This document shows, piece after piece, positions 18,977-29,567 of a DNA stretch of 64,000 nucleotides. Origin of the DNA: Nitrospirales bacterium (GTDB lineage: Bacteria; Nitrospirota; Nitrospiria; Nitrospirales; UBA8639); NCBI GenBank assembly GCA_963422365.1, contig OY729426.1, positions 1,888,001 to 1,952,000 on the forward strand, read 5' to 3'. Made by a program: the position numbers and the translations under genes. The notes beneath the pieces were generated by a model, which searched no databases, was not told where the DNA came from, and saw nothing but the letters and a program-made list of their open reading frames with translations. How positions within the stretch are numbered: position 1 is the first letter of the stretch; each line of letters opens with the position of its first letter.

Positions 18977-19633
18977 ATGAATTTTCTGTTTATCATTGGG
19001 ATCGGAATATTGGCGGGAGGGAGTGCTCTACTTTGGTGGCGTCTCAGATCACTGACACAAAAGGTCGAACAATTCACGCGCCACGAGTATTATCATCAGA
19101 GCGAACGACGGGAAATGGCCCGTCAACAGTCTGAATCGCTCACAATCCTGCGATTGCAACTCGCTCAGTTGGCATCGGGCAAAGAACTTGACAGCACCCT
19201 GATTCAAACGGGGAGTCTGTATCACCAGGTGAGTGCGGATGAAGCACGGCAGATCATGGAACGCCATGCTGCGGTGACAAGCTCGGATCTGATCGTCGTG
19301 GATGTTCGGAGCCAAAAGGAATTTATCAAAAGCCATCTCCCAGGGGCTAAACATATTCCGCTCGAACACGTGGAAATGCGTTTTCAAGCTGAAGTCCCCA
19401 AGGAGGCAAAAAAAATTTTAGTCTACTGTTCTCAAGGTGAACGAAGCCGGTTAGCTTGTGACTTCTTGAGCCGAGAAGGATATACAACACTTGTGACCAT
19501 GCGGGATGGTTTTCACAAGTGGACGGGCCCGGTTCTCGGCACGGAGAGTCTCGAATTGGTCCAAATTCAGTCCAAGGCTCTGCATGCGCCATCCGACATC
19601 GTCCAAGAGAAAGGACACAGTCATAATGGCTGA
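18977..19633 (+). CDS. Membrane-anchored rhodanese-domain protein
   Basis: N-terminal TM helix; VVDVRS..EF..SHLPGA, active-site VYCSQGERS. Confidence 0.88.
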   Translation: MNFLFIIGIGILAGGSALLWWRLRSLTQKVEQFTRHEYYHQSERREMARQQSESLTILRLQLAQLASGKELDSTLIQTGSLYHQVSADEARQIMERHAAVTSSDLIVVDVRSQKEFIKSHLPGAKHIPLEHVEMRFQAEVPKEAKKILVYCSQGERSRLACDFLSREGYTTLVTMRDGFHKWTGPVLGTESLELVQIQSKALHAPSDIVQEKGHSHNG

Positions 19634-20033
19634 ACCGTATACCATCCTGAAGGTGATGGGGCCGTATCGTGAGCCGAGAGAGGCTGCTTTGTCTTTTGAT
19701 TATTCCGTCCAACGCCCGCATTGGGCGACTCCGCAGGGGGTACGAGTCAAGATCGCTCTCGAAGAAGAATTGGACCTGCTCAAGACGAAGATTTTACAGC
19801 TTTCAGGCGGAACGGCGGGTCAGCAACTTCGAGTCAATCAACTTCTCGGACGCGCGATTGGAGACCGTAAACTTGAAATCGCCAATGAAGAAAACTTATT
19901 TAATGACCGCAGGGATGTCATGCTTGACCCATTTACGGACTCGTTAGCCCACCTCTTTCCTCGTCTTGAATCTTGGATGAATCACGAACGCGACACCCTT
20001 CGTCAAGAAATCAAAGAAAAGGTCGGTCTGTAG
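19626..20033 (+). CDS. Hypothetical protein
   Basis: ATG with AAGGA RBS overlapping the rhodanese stop; globular composition. Confidence 0.7.
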   Translation: MAEPYTILKVMGPYREPREAALSFDYSVQRPHWATPQGVRVKIALEEELDLLKTKILQLSGGTAGQQLRVNQLLGRAIGDRKLEIANEENLFNDRRDVMLDPFTDSLAHLFPRLESWMNHERDTLRQEIKEKVGL

Positions 20034-20242
20034 CTTTTAAATTTTTCTCAAATCCAGCCATTTTTCACGCCTGCCGGATGGTAGGCGTGCGACGTTCTGC
20101 AAGGCCAAACGAACGTCACGCGCCAAGAAAAAAGAAGTGCGATCTTGCAGGAGACTGCGGCAAAACCCCTGCGCTCAAATTATATGAACGGAGGTGGCGC
20201 TGAAAAAATGTCGTAGATTTTCGGCAGAGCAAGGGGTGACCA

Positions 20243-20899
20243 TTAAAACAATGGTTCATACCGTCGTGAGTAAAGGCCCGTGGCTTTTTCTCCAAATCCT
20301 AAGGAGGCGTGTTCAGGTTGACTTTTCTGATTGAGATTGACGGCGTAGTGTCCTCGAACCTGTTCCATGGCTATTTCGTACGGAATGGTGCTCTGATAAA
20401 AATCACCAGGTGTCTGTGCCCCAACAGATAGAATTTCAATAGCCTCAGGAACTGCATACGTCGGATCGGAAAAGATGAAAATATCAGCGACGGCAAATTC
20501 ACCCAGAGCGTTCCCTGGCGTGGTAGCGGGAATTTGTGAAGAAAGAGATCCATCCTTTCGTGACTGTTTCAGGTGATTGAGTAAGGCCACTATTTGACTG
20601 TCGGTGGTTTGTTGAGGAACAAGCAGGCTTAGGGTATTCATTCCTCTAACATGAGCCGTGACTTTAATCGAGGGCACAGGTGTCGATTGGGCTTCTTTGA
20701 GTAAGAGTGCCAGTTCTTTCGATTGGGCTTCATTCCCCTGTGGGGGATGAATATCTTTGGATTTTGGAATAATCGCTTGAATAAACAGCCAGAGTCCAAT
20801 GATCACCGCAAAGATAACAATCACTGGATGTAGCCCAACGCGCTTGGTCTGTTCGTGTGGATCTGAGTTATTCATGGTCTTGGGCATATTCCTGGACAT
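20243..20899 (-). CDS. Hypothetical single-pass membrane protein
   Basis: One N-terminal TM helix (VIVIFAVIIGLWLFIQAII); 18 nt downstream of mazG. Confidence 0.7.
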   Translation of the reverse strand: MSRNMPKTMNNSDPHEQTKRVGLHPVIVIFAVIIGLWLFIQAIIPKSKDIHPPQGNEAQSKELALLLKEAQSTPVPSIKVTAHVRGMNTLSLLVPQQTTDSQIVALLNHLKQSRKDGSLSSQIPATTPGNALGEFAVADIFIFSDPTYAVPEAIEILSVGAQTPGDFYQSTIPYEIAMEQVRGHYAVNLNQKSQPEHASLGFGEKATGLYSRRYEPLF

Positions 20900-20917
20900 G
20901 ATCTCGGGTTTTGAGAG

Positions 20918-21760
20918 TCATGGCAGCCTTGAGAGATTTGCTTTTTCCTGACTCTTGGCAGCTTCCCATAAGGTTTCCCATTCCACCGCGGTCATCGCTT
21001 GAAGGTCTTTTCCTTCTTGAGCCATGTGCTGTTCCATATACTGAAACCTCGTGAGAAAACGGTTATTGGCCTTTCGAAGGGCTTCCTCAGGATTGATTTG
21101 TAAAAATCGTGCCGCGTTGACGATGGTGAATAACACGTCCCCCAACTCGTGTTCAATAGCCGCGTGTGTTCCTGATTGTTGAAGAACAGGATTGGGGGCG
21201 GGGGGTTGGGTGGCTGCTGTTCGTAGTTCCTCTAATTCTTCGTTAAGCTTTTCAAGAACCTGTCCCGGGGTTTCCCAGTCAAAACCAATACGTGAAGCTC
21301 GTGTTTGAATTTGATACGCCCGTAACAGGGACGGGAGGGAAGCAGGGACCCCTGTCAAAATCGAGTCAGATTTGGTCGAATATTCGGCTCGTTTGATGGC
21401 CTCCCATTGATTGATGACTTGTCCGTAATTGAGTTTCGGTTTCTCCTCAGATTGGGCCGTAAAGACATGGGGATGACGTCTGATGAGTTTCTGGGTCAAA
21501 TCGGTGACCACATCTTCGATGCTAAATGTATTCTGCTCGAACTCAATGCGGGCATGAAACAGAATTTGGAGCAAGAGATCCCCAAGCTCTTCGCGTAGGT
21601 GTTGGGGGTCTTGTGTGTCAAGAGCCTCAAGGACCTCATACGCTTCTTCCAATAAAAAAGGCTTAAGGGACTCGTGGGTCTGCTTTAAATCCCATGGGCA
21701 TCCCTCGGGAGAGCGAAGCCGGGCGACAACCTTGACAAGATCGTTAAAGGCCTGAGACAT
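20918..21760 (-). CDS. mazG: Nucleoside triphosphate pyrophosphohydrolase
   Basis: LRSPEGCPWD..QT, EEAYEV, EELGDLLLQ, RRHPHVF, GFDW, ELGDVLF. Confidence 0.96.
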   Translation of the reverse strand: MSQAFNDLVKVVARLRSPEGCPWDLKQTHESLKPFLLEEAYEVLEALDTQDPQHLREELGDLLLQILFHARIEFEQNTFSIEDVVTDLTQKLIRRHPHVFTAQSEEKPKLNYGQVINQWEAIKRAEYSTKSDSILTGVPASLPSLLRAYQIQTRASRIGFDWETPGQVLEKLNEELEELRTAATQPPAPNPVLQQSGTHAAIEHELGDVLFTIVNAARFLQINPEEALRKANNRFLTRFQYMEQHMAQEGKDLQAMTAVEWETLWEAAKSQEKANLSRLP

Positions 21761-21801
21761 GAGGACTTCCGCTCTGCTTCGGCGATACGCGAATGCTCAT
21801 A

Positions 21802-21872
21802 TTTGTCGCGGTGCCTTCTCTAGGCCGCATACGGCATGTTCTGGGCCATGACCCGGGATGCGGCCCTCCACA
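21802..21872 (+). repeat. Dispersed approx. 80-bp REPIN-like element, copy 2
   Basis: Shares GGCCATGACCCGGGATG with copy 1, and TTTGTCGCGG, GTGCCTTC and GATG.GGCCCT.CAC with copy 3. Confidence 0.8.
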
Positions 21873-22031
21873 TACGTTCGTAAGATGCGGCGATTCCAGA
21901 GAACTGATTGTCGCGCATCAAGTTTGCGTGTTGTCTAGAATAACCGGTTTTCTCGTCTGCTTCAATCAACTTCTCGGCTTGCGAGGCTGTTGGGATTGTG
22001 GTACTCTTATGCTTAAATCTGAGTAAGGGCT

Positions 22032-22439
22032 ATGGCTGAAACTCTAGGATCAGGATTTGTGATCCGCGATAAGCGGGGTCACCCGAAAGAAGAACCGGCT
22101 TCCGAGTCCGTTGAAGAAACAGCCTCTTCCTCGGCTATGAAGCCTTCGTCATCCGGCTCAGAGCCTTCCCACGCAGGACCTCCACTTTCCTTTTCCACCT
22201 TTATTTTTTCGTTAGGCACATCAGCGTTGATGTTGATGGGAGAGCAGTTATCGCCGGAGAACCCCTCCCTTCCGGTTAATCTACCGCAAGCTAAAGAAAT
22301 TATTGATATTCTTTCCATATTAGAAGAAAAAACGAAAGGAAATCTTACCAAAGAAGAGACGGACGTCATTCGCGATATGTTGTACACGTTGCAGATGAAA
22401 TATGTTGAGTTAGCTTCAGGTTTCTCTTCATCCACATAA
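22032..22439 (+). CDS. DUF1844-family protein
   Basis: FSTFIFSLGTSALMLMG, AKEIIDILSILEEKTKGNLT.EE, LYTLQMKYV. Confidence 0.85.
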   Translation: MAETLGSGFVIRDKRGHPKEEPASESVEETASSSAMKPSSSGSEPSHAGPPLSFSTFIFSLGTSALMLMGEQLSPENPSLPVNLPQAKEIIDILSILEEKTKGNLTKEETDVIRDMLYTLQMKYVELASGFSSST

Positions 22440-22623
22440 TTTTTGTTGTTCCTGCCTTTTTTCCGTACACTGAGGCAAACGGCCTTGGGGAAAACCCTTA
22501 CTGTTTTGATCTGTGATTCTCCTGTTGATACGAGGAAACAGAAGGCGACAATTCCCTTATGTATCCGTTTGCGAATTCGTGATGTGTGCTTTCTCTATTC
22601 AGGGTCAGCTCTTCGACATCGTT

Positions 22624-24924
22624 ATGGCGACGTCTTCTAAATTGACTCCGCGTTTATTTCCTTCCACGAGGTTGCAGGAACGGCTTATTCGTGAGGATGA
22701 GCCTAGCCCTCAAGCTCAGAGCTTCCATTTGAAACCGGTCTGGATCGTCCTGCTCCTCTTGATTCCGTGTTTGTTCTTGACGATTTACTATGCACAGTAT
22801 GGAGGAATTGGAGGAAGGACGGCAGACTCGCTTCTTCCAAGCCCGAGTTACGCATTGGTTTTGTTACTGGTCTATTTAGACGTCGTCGGATTGGTTGTCC
22901 TTATCCTTTTATTATCTCGCAATTTAATTAAGGCCTATTTTGATCGACGACACCGACTGTTAGGGTCAGGATTTCGTGCTAAATTAATTGCCGCATTCAT
23001 TGGGTTTTCGTTGATCCCAACCCTGTTATTGGCGGTTATAGCCAGTGAGGTAATTAATGAAGTCATGAAAGTCTGGTTTAATAATCAGATCGAGGAAGTC
23101 CTGAAAGACTCCGAAGAATTATCCAGGATGTATCATGAAGGGCATACGACCTTGGCCATTCAGAGTGCCAGGGCCATTAGCAAAGAAATTTACCGCGAAG
23201 ATTTTTTGCGGCCAGGTTATCGTGAACGATTCATGGCTGCCGTGGCTCGGAAGCGCGCGGAATTTAACGTCGCAGGCGTAGAAGTATTTTCGTCGAAATT
23301 GGAGATGCTCGTTCGGATGATCGACCCAGAGTCGCCTGCCAAAATGTTCCGGTTGCCGGTTGTGCAACTCGTTCGTCAGGTTCTGGATTCGCATGATGAG
23401 ATGACCTCAGTGCAAGTCGCGCAAGCAGGACGGGTGATCCTTGCGGCGGTGCCGATTGCATCCAATACACAACCCGGAGGGATTAATGGAGTGGTGGTCG
23501 TCAAGACCTACGTCTCGGAATCGCTCTTGGCGAAAATGCAGGGCATTGCTCAACAATATACTGATTTCCGGCAGATGAAGGCTTTGGAAAATCCTATTAA
23601 GGCCGGGGCCTATTTATTTGTTGGGGTTTTCACCGTCTTGTTGTTGTTTAGCGCCACCTGGTTTGGATTTTATGTGGCAAGAAGTATCACTGTGCCGATT
23701 CAGAAATTGGCTGAAGGGACCGAAGCCGTAGCCCGCGGAAATCTCAATATAAGAATTGCCGTCAATGCAACCGATGAGATCGGGACGTTGATCGAATCGT
23801 TTAATCGAATGACGGCGGATTTATCAAACAACAAAGTCAAATTGGAAGAAGCCAATCAATCTCTCATGCAATCAAATGTCGAAACTGATCGTCGGCGAGC
23901 GTATACGGAAGCCGTGGTAGACACGATTGCTTCAGGCGTGATGTCTATTGATACGCATGACACGATTACCACGTTCAATCATTCCGCTGAACGGATTTTA
24001 GGGGTGGGAGGGGAGGCCATCCGTGGGCATGTGGTGTTTGATGTCTTTAAATCCCATCAATTCACATTATTTCAAGAGGCCTATGATAAGATGTTACGTG
24101 ATGGCCAGGACAGTCTCACGCTTGAAGGACAAATAGAGGTGCAGGGGAAGCTCCTCACTATGGGCCTGAATCTTTCCCGAATGAGAAATGAGGCAGGAAA
24201 AGATTTAGGGTTTGTGCTTGTCTTTGAAGATCGGACCGAATTGATTAAGGCGCAAAAAACCGCAGCCTGGCAAGAAGTGGCACAACGGATTGCGCATGAA
24301 ATCAAAAACCCTCTTACGCCTATTCAACTGGCGGCACAGCGGTTACGAAAAAAGTTTTTTGAAGGGTCTCCTGAGTTTAAAACTATTTTTGATCAATCGA
24401 CGAACGTCATCGTGAATGAGGTGGGAAGTTTAAAGCGAATGGTGGATGAATTTTCAAAATTTGCCAGAATGCCTGCTCCGCATATGACGAAAGAAGCGTT
24501 GCACGATATCATTGAAAAAGTATGTGCGCTGTATCGGGGTGGGCATCATGAGGTTGAGTTTGTTTCGGCCTTTGATTCCTCTGTCCCGGATATCAAGATC
24601 GACAAGGAACAAATGCGTCGTATGTTTGTGAATTTGTTTGATAATGCCGTTCAAGCGATGAAGCAGAAAGGTCATATCTGGATCGCCACGAAAATGGATT
24701 GGAAGCACCAACGGGTTCGAATCACGGTGGCCGATGAGGGGCAGGGCATTCCTCAAGGAGATCAGGGAAAATTATTTATCCCGTATTTTTCACGAAAACG
24801 AACGGGAACCGGACTTGGACTGGCGATTGTCCATCGAATTGTGACGGATCATAATGGGACGATCCAGGTCTCCAATCGTCACCCCAATGGAGCCGTGTTT
24901 AGTATCGAACTTCCTGTCACCTAA
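22624..24924 (+). CDS. ntrY: NtrY-like sensor histidine kinase (TM-HAMP-PAS-HisKA-HATPase)
   Basis: GSGFRAKLIAAF, HAMP DEIGTLIESFNRMT, AAWQEVAQRIAHEIKNPLTPIQL, GTGLGLAIV; start uncertain. Confidence 0.9.
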   Translation: MATSSKLTPRLFPSTRLQERLIREDEPSPQAQSFHLKPVWIVLLLLIPCLFLTIYYAQYGGIGGRTADSLLPSPSYALVLLLVYLDVVGLVVLILLLSRNLIKAYFDRRHRLLGSGFRAKLIAAFIGFSLIPTLLLAVIASEVINEVMKVWFNNQIEEVLKDSEELSRMYHEGHTTLAIQSARAISKEIYREDFLRPGYRERFMAAVARKRAEFNVAGVEVFSSKLEMLVRMIDPESPAKMFRLPVVQLVRQVLDSHDEMTSVQVAQAGRVILAAVPIASNTQPGGINGVVVVKTYVSESLLAKMQGIAQQYTDFRQMKALENPIKAGAYLFVGVFTVLLLFSATWFGFYVARSITVPIQKLAEGTEAVARGNLNIRIAVNATDEIGTLIESFNRMTADLSNNKVKLEEANQSLMQSNVETDRRRAYTEAVVDTIASGVMSIDTHDTITTFNHSAERILGVGGEAIRGHVVFDVFKSHQFTLFQEAYDKMLRDGQDSLTLEGQIEVQGKLLTMGLNLSRMRNEAGKDLGFVLVFEDRTELIKAQKTAAWQEVAQRIAHEIKNPLTPIQLAAQRLRKKFFEGSPEFKTIFDQSTNVIVNEVGSLKRMVDEFSKFARMPAPHMTKEALHDIIEKVCALYRGGHHEVEFVSAFDSSVPDIKIDKEQMRRMFVNLFDNAVQAMKQKGHIWIATKMDWKHQRVRITVADEGQGIPQGDQGKLFIPYFSRKRTGTGLGLAIVHRIVTDHNGTIQVSNRHPNGAVFSIELPVT

Positions 24925-25044
24925 TGCCCCAAGACGGTGCATGAAGTCACCATGCCTCCTGCGGTAGATTCACCCCAAACCTTTTCGTGACGAATGACCT
25001 TCTGGCTCGTGATCGATCACTCGTCATAACTTGGAGGAATAGGA

Positions 25045-26421
25045 ATGTCCGGCACGATCTGTCTCGTTGATGATGAACCGTCTATCTTGAATACCTTAAG
25101 TAGTATTTTGGAAGACGAGGGGTATCAAGTCATGGTCGCGAAAACCGGTGAGGAGGCCTTAAAAGTCATTCAAATGGAGCCACCGGATATCGTGATCCTT
25201 GATATTTGGATGCCGGAACTCGATGGCTTAGAGGTTTTAAAACGTGTACGCGAGCAATTTCCAAATATGATGGTCATTATGATGTCCGGACATGGCTCCG
25301 TTGAAACTGCAGTGAAAGCGACAAAACTCGGTGCGTATGACTACTTGGAAAAACCGCTGGACCTCGAAAAAGTCGCTATCCTGGTACGTAATGCTCTGCA
25401 CCAACGCAAGCTGGAAGAAGAAAACAGCAACCTCCGCGTTAAGGTTGAGCGGCATTCGAAACTCGTTGGAGCTTCTTCCGTTATGGAGAAGCTTCGACAG
25501 CAAATTGCGGCGGCGGCGCCAAGCCAGAGTCGTGTCCTGATTTCCGGGGAAAATGGTACGGGGAAGGAACTGGTGGCCCGGGCCATCCATTTTCAAAGTC
25601 TTCGACCTCATTGCCCTTTTGTTGAAGTCAACTGCGCCGCAATCCCTGAGACGCTGATTGAGACAGAGTTATTCGGACATGAACGCGGTGCGTTTACAGG
25701 CGCTGTTTCTCGAAAACGTGGAAAATTTGATTTGGCAGACGGCGGCACTCTGTTTCTTGACGAAATTGGCGATATGAGTTTGGCCACTCAGGCGAAGGTC
25801 CTTCGCGTATTAGAAGAACAACAATTTACCCGAGTGGGCGGGGGGAACCTGATTAAAGTCAACGTCCGTGTCGTCGCAGCGTCCAATAAAAATTTTCGCC
25901 AAGAAATTGAAAAAGGGAATTTTCGCGAAGATTTGTTTTATCGGTTAAACGTTTTGCCGATAGAAGTGCCGCCGCTTCGCACCAGACGTGAAGATATTCC
26001 GGCTCTCACGCGGCATTTTTTAAAGATTCATGCAGAAGAGCAGGGGGTGAAGTTGAAAGAAATCACTCCGGGAGCCCTGGATGCATTGGTGCATCATGAA
26101 TGGCCGGGCAATATTCGAGAGCTTCGCAATCAAGTCGAGCGCCTGATGATTATGGTGCCCAAAAACACCATAGAAATGGCCGACATACTACCGTTTATGC
26201 CAACAAGAGGGGGCGAAGGTTCAGTGAACCGAGTCAATCCGATGGGGGCATATGATTCCTTGCGTGATGCTCGGAATGCGTTTGAACGCGAGTATATTGC
26301 GATTCGTTTGCGAGAGAATAGTTGGAACGTCTCAAAGACCGCCGACGACTTGAAAATCGAACGAAGTCACTTGCATCGAAAAATTAAACTTCTGAACGTG
26401 GAACTTCGTTCAGAAAACTGA
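25045..26421 (+). CDS. ntrX: NtrX-like sigma54-dependent response regulator
   Basis: REC (LVDDE, LDIWMP, MSGHG), [22 protein letters not shown]-terminal [11 protein letters not shown]. Confidence 0.92.
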   Translation: MSGTICLVDDEPSILNTLSSILEDEGYQVMVAKTGEEALKVIQMEPPDIVILDIWMPELDGLEVLKRVREQFPNMMVIMMSGHGSVETAVKATKLGAYDYLEKPLDLEKVAILVRNALHQRKLEEENSNLRVKVERHSKLVGASSVMEKLRQQIAAAAPSQSRVLISGENGTGKELVARAIHFQSLRPHCPFVEVNCAAIPETLIETELFGHERGAFTGAVSRKRGKFDLADGGTLFLDEIGDMSLATQAKVLRVLEEQQFTRVGGGNLIKVNVRVVAASNKNFRQEIEKGNFREDLFYRLNVLPIEVPPLRTRREDIPALTRHFLKIHAEEQGVKLKEITPGALDALVHHEWPGNIRELRNQVERLMIMVPKNTIEMADILPFMPTRGGEGSVNRVNPMGAYDSLRDARNAFEREYIAIRLRENSWNVSKTADDLKIERSHLHRKIKLLNVELRSEN

Positions 26422-26441
26422 TTGCCGCGTCTGCTTGCCGT

Positions 26442-27764
26442 ATGTCAACGTGTGACTCTCTCACCATAGAATGTGTCGTTGCAGGTGGATGGGGGTTGTC
26501 GCGCGTCGGATCCATGGTCACGTTCATCCGAGGTGGATTGCCTGGCGAGGTGGTCACGGTGACTTCCAACGAACGGCATTCCGATTATCAGTTCGCAACC
26601 CTCAATGAAGTTCTCGTCGCATCACCCCATCGCATTCAGGCTCCGTGTGCCGTCTATGAAGACTGTGGAGGCTGTCAATTTCAGCATGTTCGCTATGAGG
26701 TGCAATTGCAGTACAAACAGCGCGTGCTGGAAGAATCGTTCTCCCGTATCGGTCAAATCCAGCAGGCGATCTTTCAAGATCCCGTTCCTTCCCCCTTTCC
26801 CTATGAATACCGACAAAGAATTCGCTTCAGGGTGTTTCAGCATCATACGACCTTTCATCTCGGATTTGTGCAGGAACGATCGCATAGACCGGTAAGGGGA
26901 GTGGGCTGCCTCTTGATTTCGAAGCCCATGGGGAAGGTTATTGAACACGTTGATGGGCAGTTAGCCCGTCAGCGCCGATTACCCGCGTTTCTCTCACACG
27001 TGGAAATTCGATCCTCGGGCGCGTTCGGGACGCATCTGATTCTGTGCACGGTGCCCCGTGCGACGAAAAAACAAGCACACGAACTGTTAGAATTGTTTGA
27101 GGGTATTCCTACTGTGGTCGGGTGCGTGCTGATCTCCTCTTCCGTGACAACGTCTCAAAAAAGGCACGTGCGGCGAGTCGTCCGAGGTGCCCCCTATCTG
27201 TTTGAACAATTTCAGGATATGACCATTCGGGTCAGCGACCGATCGTTTATGCAAGCGAATTGGGCGGTCTATTCGATTATTTTTCAAACGTTGGCGGATT
27301 GGATGAATGGACAAGATCGACAAACTCGCGTACTTGAATTATATGCCGGGGTCGGATGCGTGGGATTGGGTTTGGCCAAAAGAGGGGCTCTCGTCACGGA
27401 AGTTGAGGAAAATCCCTATGCCGTGGCTGATGCCAAACAATCAGCATCTCAAAACCATATTGGGCGTTACCGCGTGCGGACGGCAAAGGTTGAAGACTTT
27501 TTGGAGACGGTGGCTTCCCACGCCTATGACGTGATCGTCATGGATCCACCGCGAACGGGACTAAGCCGACGTTGCGTCGAGTCCTTGGGACGTATCCAGG
27601 TACCCCGCATGCTTTATCTTTCGTGCGACACCGCCTCCTTGGCGCGTGATCTCAAACGGCTTTGCACCACTCAGTATCGCATCCATCGTGTGCAAGTGTT
27701 TGATATGTTCCCACAAACCGCACAGATCGAAACCCTGGTGGAACTTGTCCATGCCGAGTTTTGA
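26442..27764 (+). CDS. rlmD: 23S rRNA (uracil-1939-C5)-methyltransferase (TrmA/RlmD family)
   Basis: TRAM, C..YEDCGGCQFQH, SFMQAN, LELYAGVG, DPPRTG, YLSCD, DMFPQT..E. Confidence 0.9.
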   Translation: MSTCDSLTIECVVAGGWGLSRVGSMVTFIRGGLPGEVVTVTSNERHSDYQFATLNEVLVASPHRIQAPCAVYEDCGGCQFQHVRYEVQLQYKQRVLEESFSRIGQIQQAIFQDPVPSPFPYEYRQRIRFRVFQHHTTFHLGFVQERSHRPVRGVGCLLISKPMGKVIEHVDGQLARQRRLPAFLSHVEIRSSGAFGTHLILCTVPRATKKQAHELLELFEGIPTVVGCVLISSSVTTSQKRHVRRVVRGAPYLFEQFQDMTIRVSDRSFMQANWAVYSIIFQTLADWMNGQDRQTRVLELYAGVGCVGLGLAKRGALVTEVEENPYAVADAKQSASQNHIGRYRVRTAKVEDFLETVASHAYDVIVMDPPRTGLSRRCVESLGRIQVPRMLYLSCDTASLARDLKRLCTTQYRIHRVQVFDMFPQTAQIETLVELVHAEF

Positions 27765-27803
27765 TTTTCGAATCAACGAGTCATTGTGCATCGAGATGGC
27801 GCC

Positions 27804-28430
27804 ATGAGTGTGCTTCGGCTAGGCGTGCTTGTCTCAGGAAGAGGGTCTAATCTGCAAGCCATTATTGAAGAGATCGGAGCGGGAACCGTAAGGGCGGAGA
27901 TTGCGGTCGTGATCAGCAATAAACAACAGGCCCCGGCATTGGAGCATGCGGAACGCCACGGGCTGCCAACGGTTTTTCTTGATCCAAAGTCAGTGGCAGG
28001 CACGTCCGATACTCGGCAAGCCTATGACCAAAAAATTGTAGAGACGTTGAAGCAATACCAGGTCCAGTTAGTGGTGTTGGCAGGGTATATGAAAATTCTT
28101 ACCTCGGGGCTCATCGATTCGTACAAATCGCGAATCATGAACATCCATCCTTCTCTTCTTCCGAGTTTTTCGGGCTTGCAGGCCCAGCAGCAAGCATTGG
28201 ACCATGGGGTGAAAGTATCTGGCTGCACCGTTCATTTTGTGACCAAAGACATGGATACGGGTCCCATCATTTTGCAACAAGCCGTGTCCGTGAAAGAAGA
28301 CGATACCGCAGAGACGTTATCCGAACGCATTCTAAAAGAAGAACATCGGCTTTTACCCCGGGCTATCCAGTTATTTGCAGAGGGACGACTGACTGTTGTG
28401 GGTCGGGTCGTCCACATCCATGATGCCTGA
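27804..28430 (+). CDS. purN: Phosphoribosylglycinamide formyltransferase
   Basis: VSGRGSNLQAI, LAGYMKIL, NIHPSLLP, SGCTVHFV..MDTGPII. Confidence 0.96.
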   Translation: MSVLRLGVLVSGRGSNLQAIIEEIGAGTVRAEIAVVISNKQQAPALEHAERHGLPTVFLDPKSVAGTSDTRQAYDQKIVETLKQYQVQLVVLAGYMKILTSGLIDSYKSRIMNIHPSLLPSFSGLQAQQQALDHGVKVSGCTVHFVTKDMDTGPIILQQAVSVKEDDTAETLSERILKEEHRLLPRAIQLFAEGRLTVVGRVVHIHDA

Positions 28431-28473
28431 CTGAATTGCAGGGCTTAGGTCCTTTTGATAGAGTGGCCGATGT

Positions 28474-28549
28474 GGGGGGCTAGCTCAGTTGGGAGAGCAC
28501 AACGTTCGCAACGTTGGGGTCGGGGGTTCAAGTCCCCTGCCCTCCACCA
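28474..28549 (+). tRNA. tRNA-Ala (anticodon CGC)
   Basis: Acceptor GGGGGGC/GCCCTCC with G3:U70, anticodon arm CAACG-TTCGCAA-CGTTG, GTTCAAGTC T-loop, CCA; 76 nt. Confidence 0.97.
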
Positions 28550-28644
28550 AATTTCACCTTTGCCTGCGGAAACCTGTAATTTGTGAGCACCACGGCAAAG
28601 GATGGGTTGACGGAACCGGAGAAGAAAAATTTTTTACGATACTC

Positions 28645-28672
28645 CTTAATAATTTTTCTAAACATTATTAAG
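28645..28672. promoter_or_regulatory. Palindromic operator, probable Rrf2 autoregulatory site
   Basis: CTTAATAATTTTT-CT-AAACATTATTAAG (13-bp arms, one mismatch), 3 nt before the Rrf2 ATG. Confidence 0.6.
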
Positions 28673-28675
28673 AAT

Positions 28676-29164
28676 ATGCGGCTTTCCAAAAAAAGTGAAT
28701 ATGGGTTGCGGGCCTTAATCGAATTGACTAGGGCCTATGAGCAACAGGCTTTGCGACGATCTGAAATCGCGGAATCCCAACGCATTCCCATGGGGTTTTT
28801 AGAGACCATTTTATTGGAATTAAAGCGGGCGGGAATTTTAGGGAGTCGTCCCGGTGCTCAGGGTGGGTATCGGTTAATTAAATCTCCCGAAGACGTATCA
28901 CTCGGACAAGTCATTCGTATTCTAGATGGTCCCCTCGCGCCGATTGCCTGTGTGAGTCAGACGGCCTATCAAACGTGTCAAGATTGTCCGTATTCTGAGG
29001 CCCGGGAATGTCCGATTCAAAGCGTCATGTTTGAGGTGAGGCATGCCATCGTCAATGTGTTGGATCGGTACACATTGCGAGCATTTTATGACCGAGGCCC
29101 GAATCGTCGCTCCCGGAAACCTCCAAAAGACCGCAGGCTTCAGGCCATCGGCAGAACTCAATAA
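28676..29164 (+). CDS. Rrf2-family transcriptional regulator (Cys-rich)
   Basis: MRLSKKSEYGLRALIEL, SRPGAQGGYRL, IRILDGPLAPIAC, C-x8-C-x2-C-x7-C. Confidence 0.93.
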   Translation: MRLSKKSEYGLRALIELTRAYEQQALRRSEIAESQRIPMGFLETILLELKRAGILGSRPGAQGGYRLIKSPEDVSLGQVIRILDGPLAPIACVSQTAYQTCQDCPYSEARECPIQSVMFEVRHAIVNVLDRYTLRAFYDRGPNRRSRKPPKDRRLQAIGRTQ

Positions 29165-29174
29165 GGAGTGGTAG

Positions 29175-29396
29175 ATGGATACACATCTTCGAAGTGTGGT
29201 CAAAGGCATTAGTTGGAGGGTCTTGGCGACCTTGGTGACCACGATCGTCGTTTTTCTGTATTCGGGTGAGTTAGCGGCAGCGGCTATCGTTGGCTCTCTT
29301 GATGCTCTCGCCAAAATCGTCTTGTATTGGGGACATGAACGAATATGGCAACGGACGACGTGGGGCCGCATTCTGCCCACGGTTTCTTCACCCTAA
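29175..29396 (+). CDS. DUF2061-family small membrane protein
   Basis: RSVVKGISWRVLAT...KIVLYWGHERIW..WG; AAGGAG RBS. Confidence 0.88.
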   Translation: MDTHLRSVVKGISWRVLATLVTTIVVFLYSGELAAAAIVGSLDALAKIVLYWGHERIWQRTTWGRILPTVSSP

Positions 29397-29567
29397 GAGA
29401 AGACGACTTTAATGGAAGCCGAACACATTATGGGATTGGGTTTTATTGGCAGGGTGTTCCTTCGTAGCGACGGGAGCATTGTCTGTGCCTGAATGTGTTG
29501 GGCCTCGGGTTTCTTGCGTTAATCATCTTCTGTTGATCCCTCTTTTCCTTCGCGATCTTTCATCGTG

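Noticed and set aside
20066..20210. Hairpins and a GGCAAAACC segment faintly like a c-di-GMP-I riboswitch
   Set aside because: Lacks the GAAA tetraloop and GACGCAAAGC elements, and sits between convergent gene ends.
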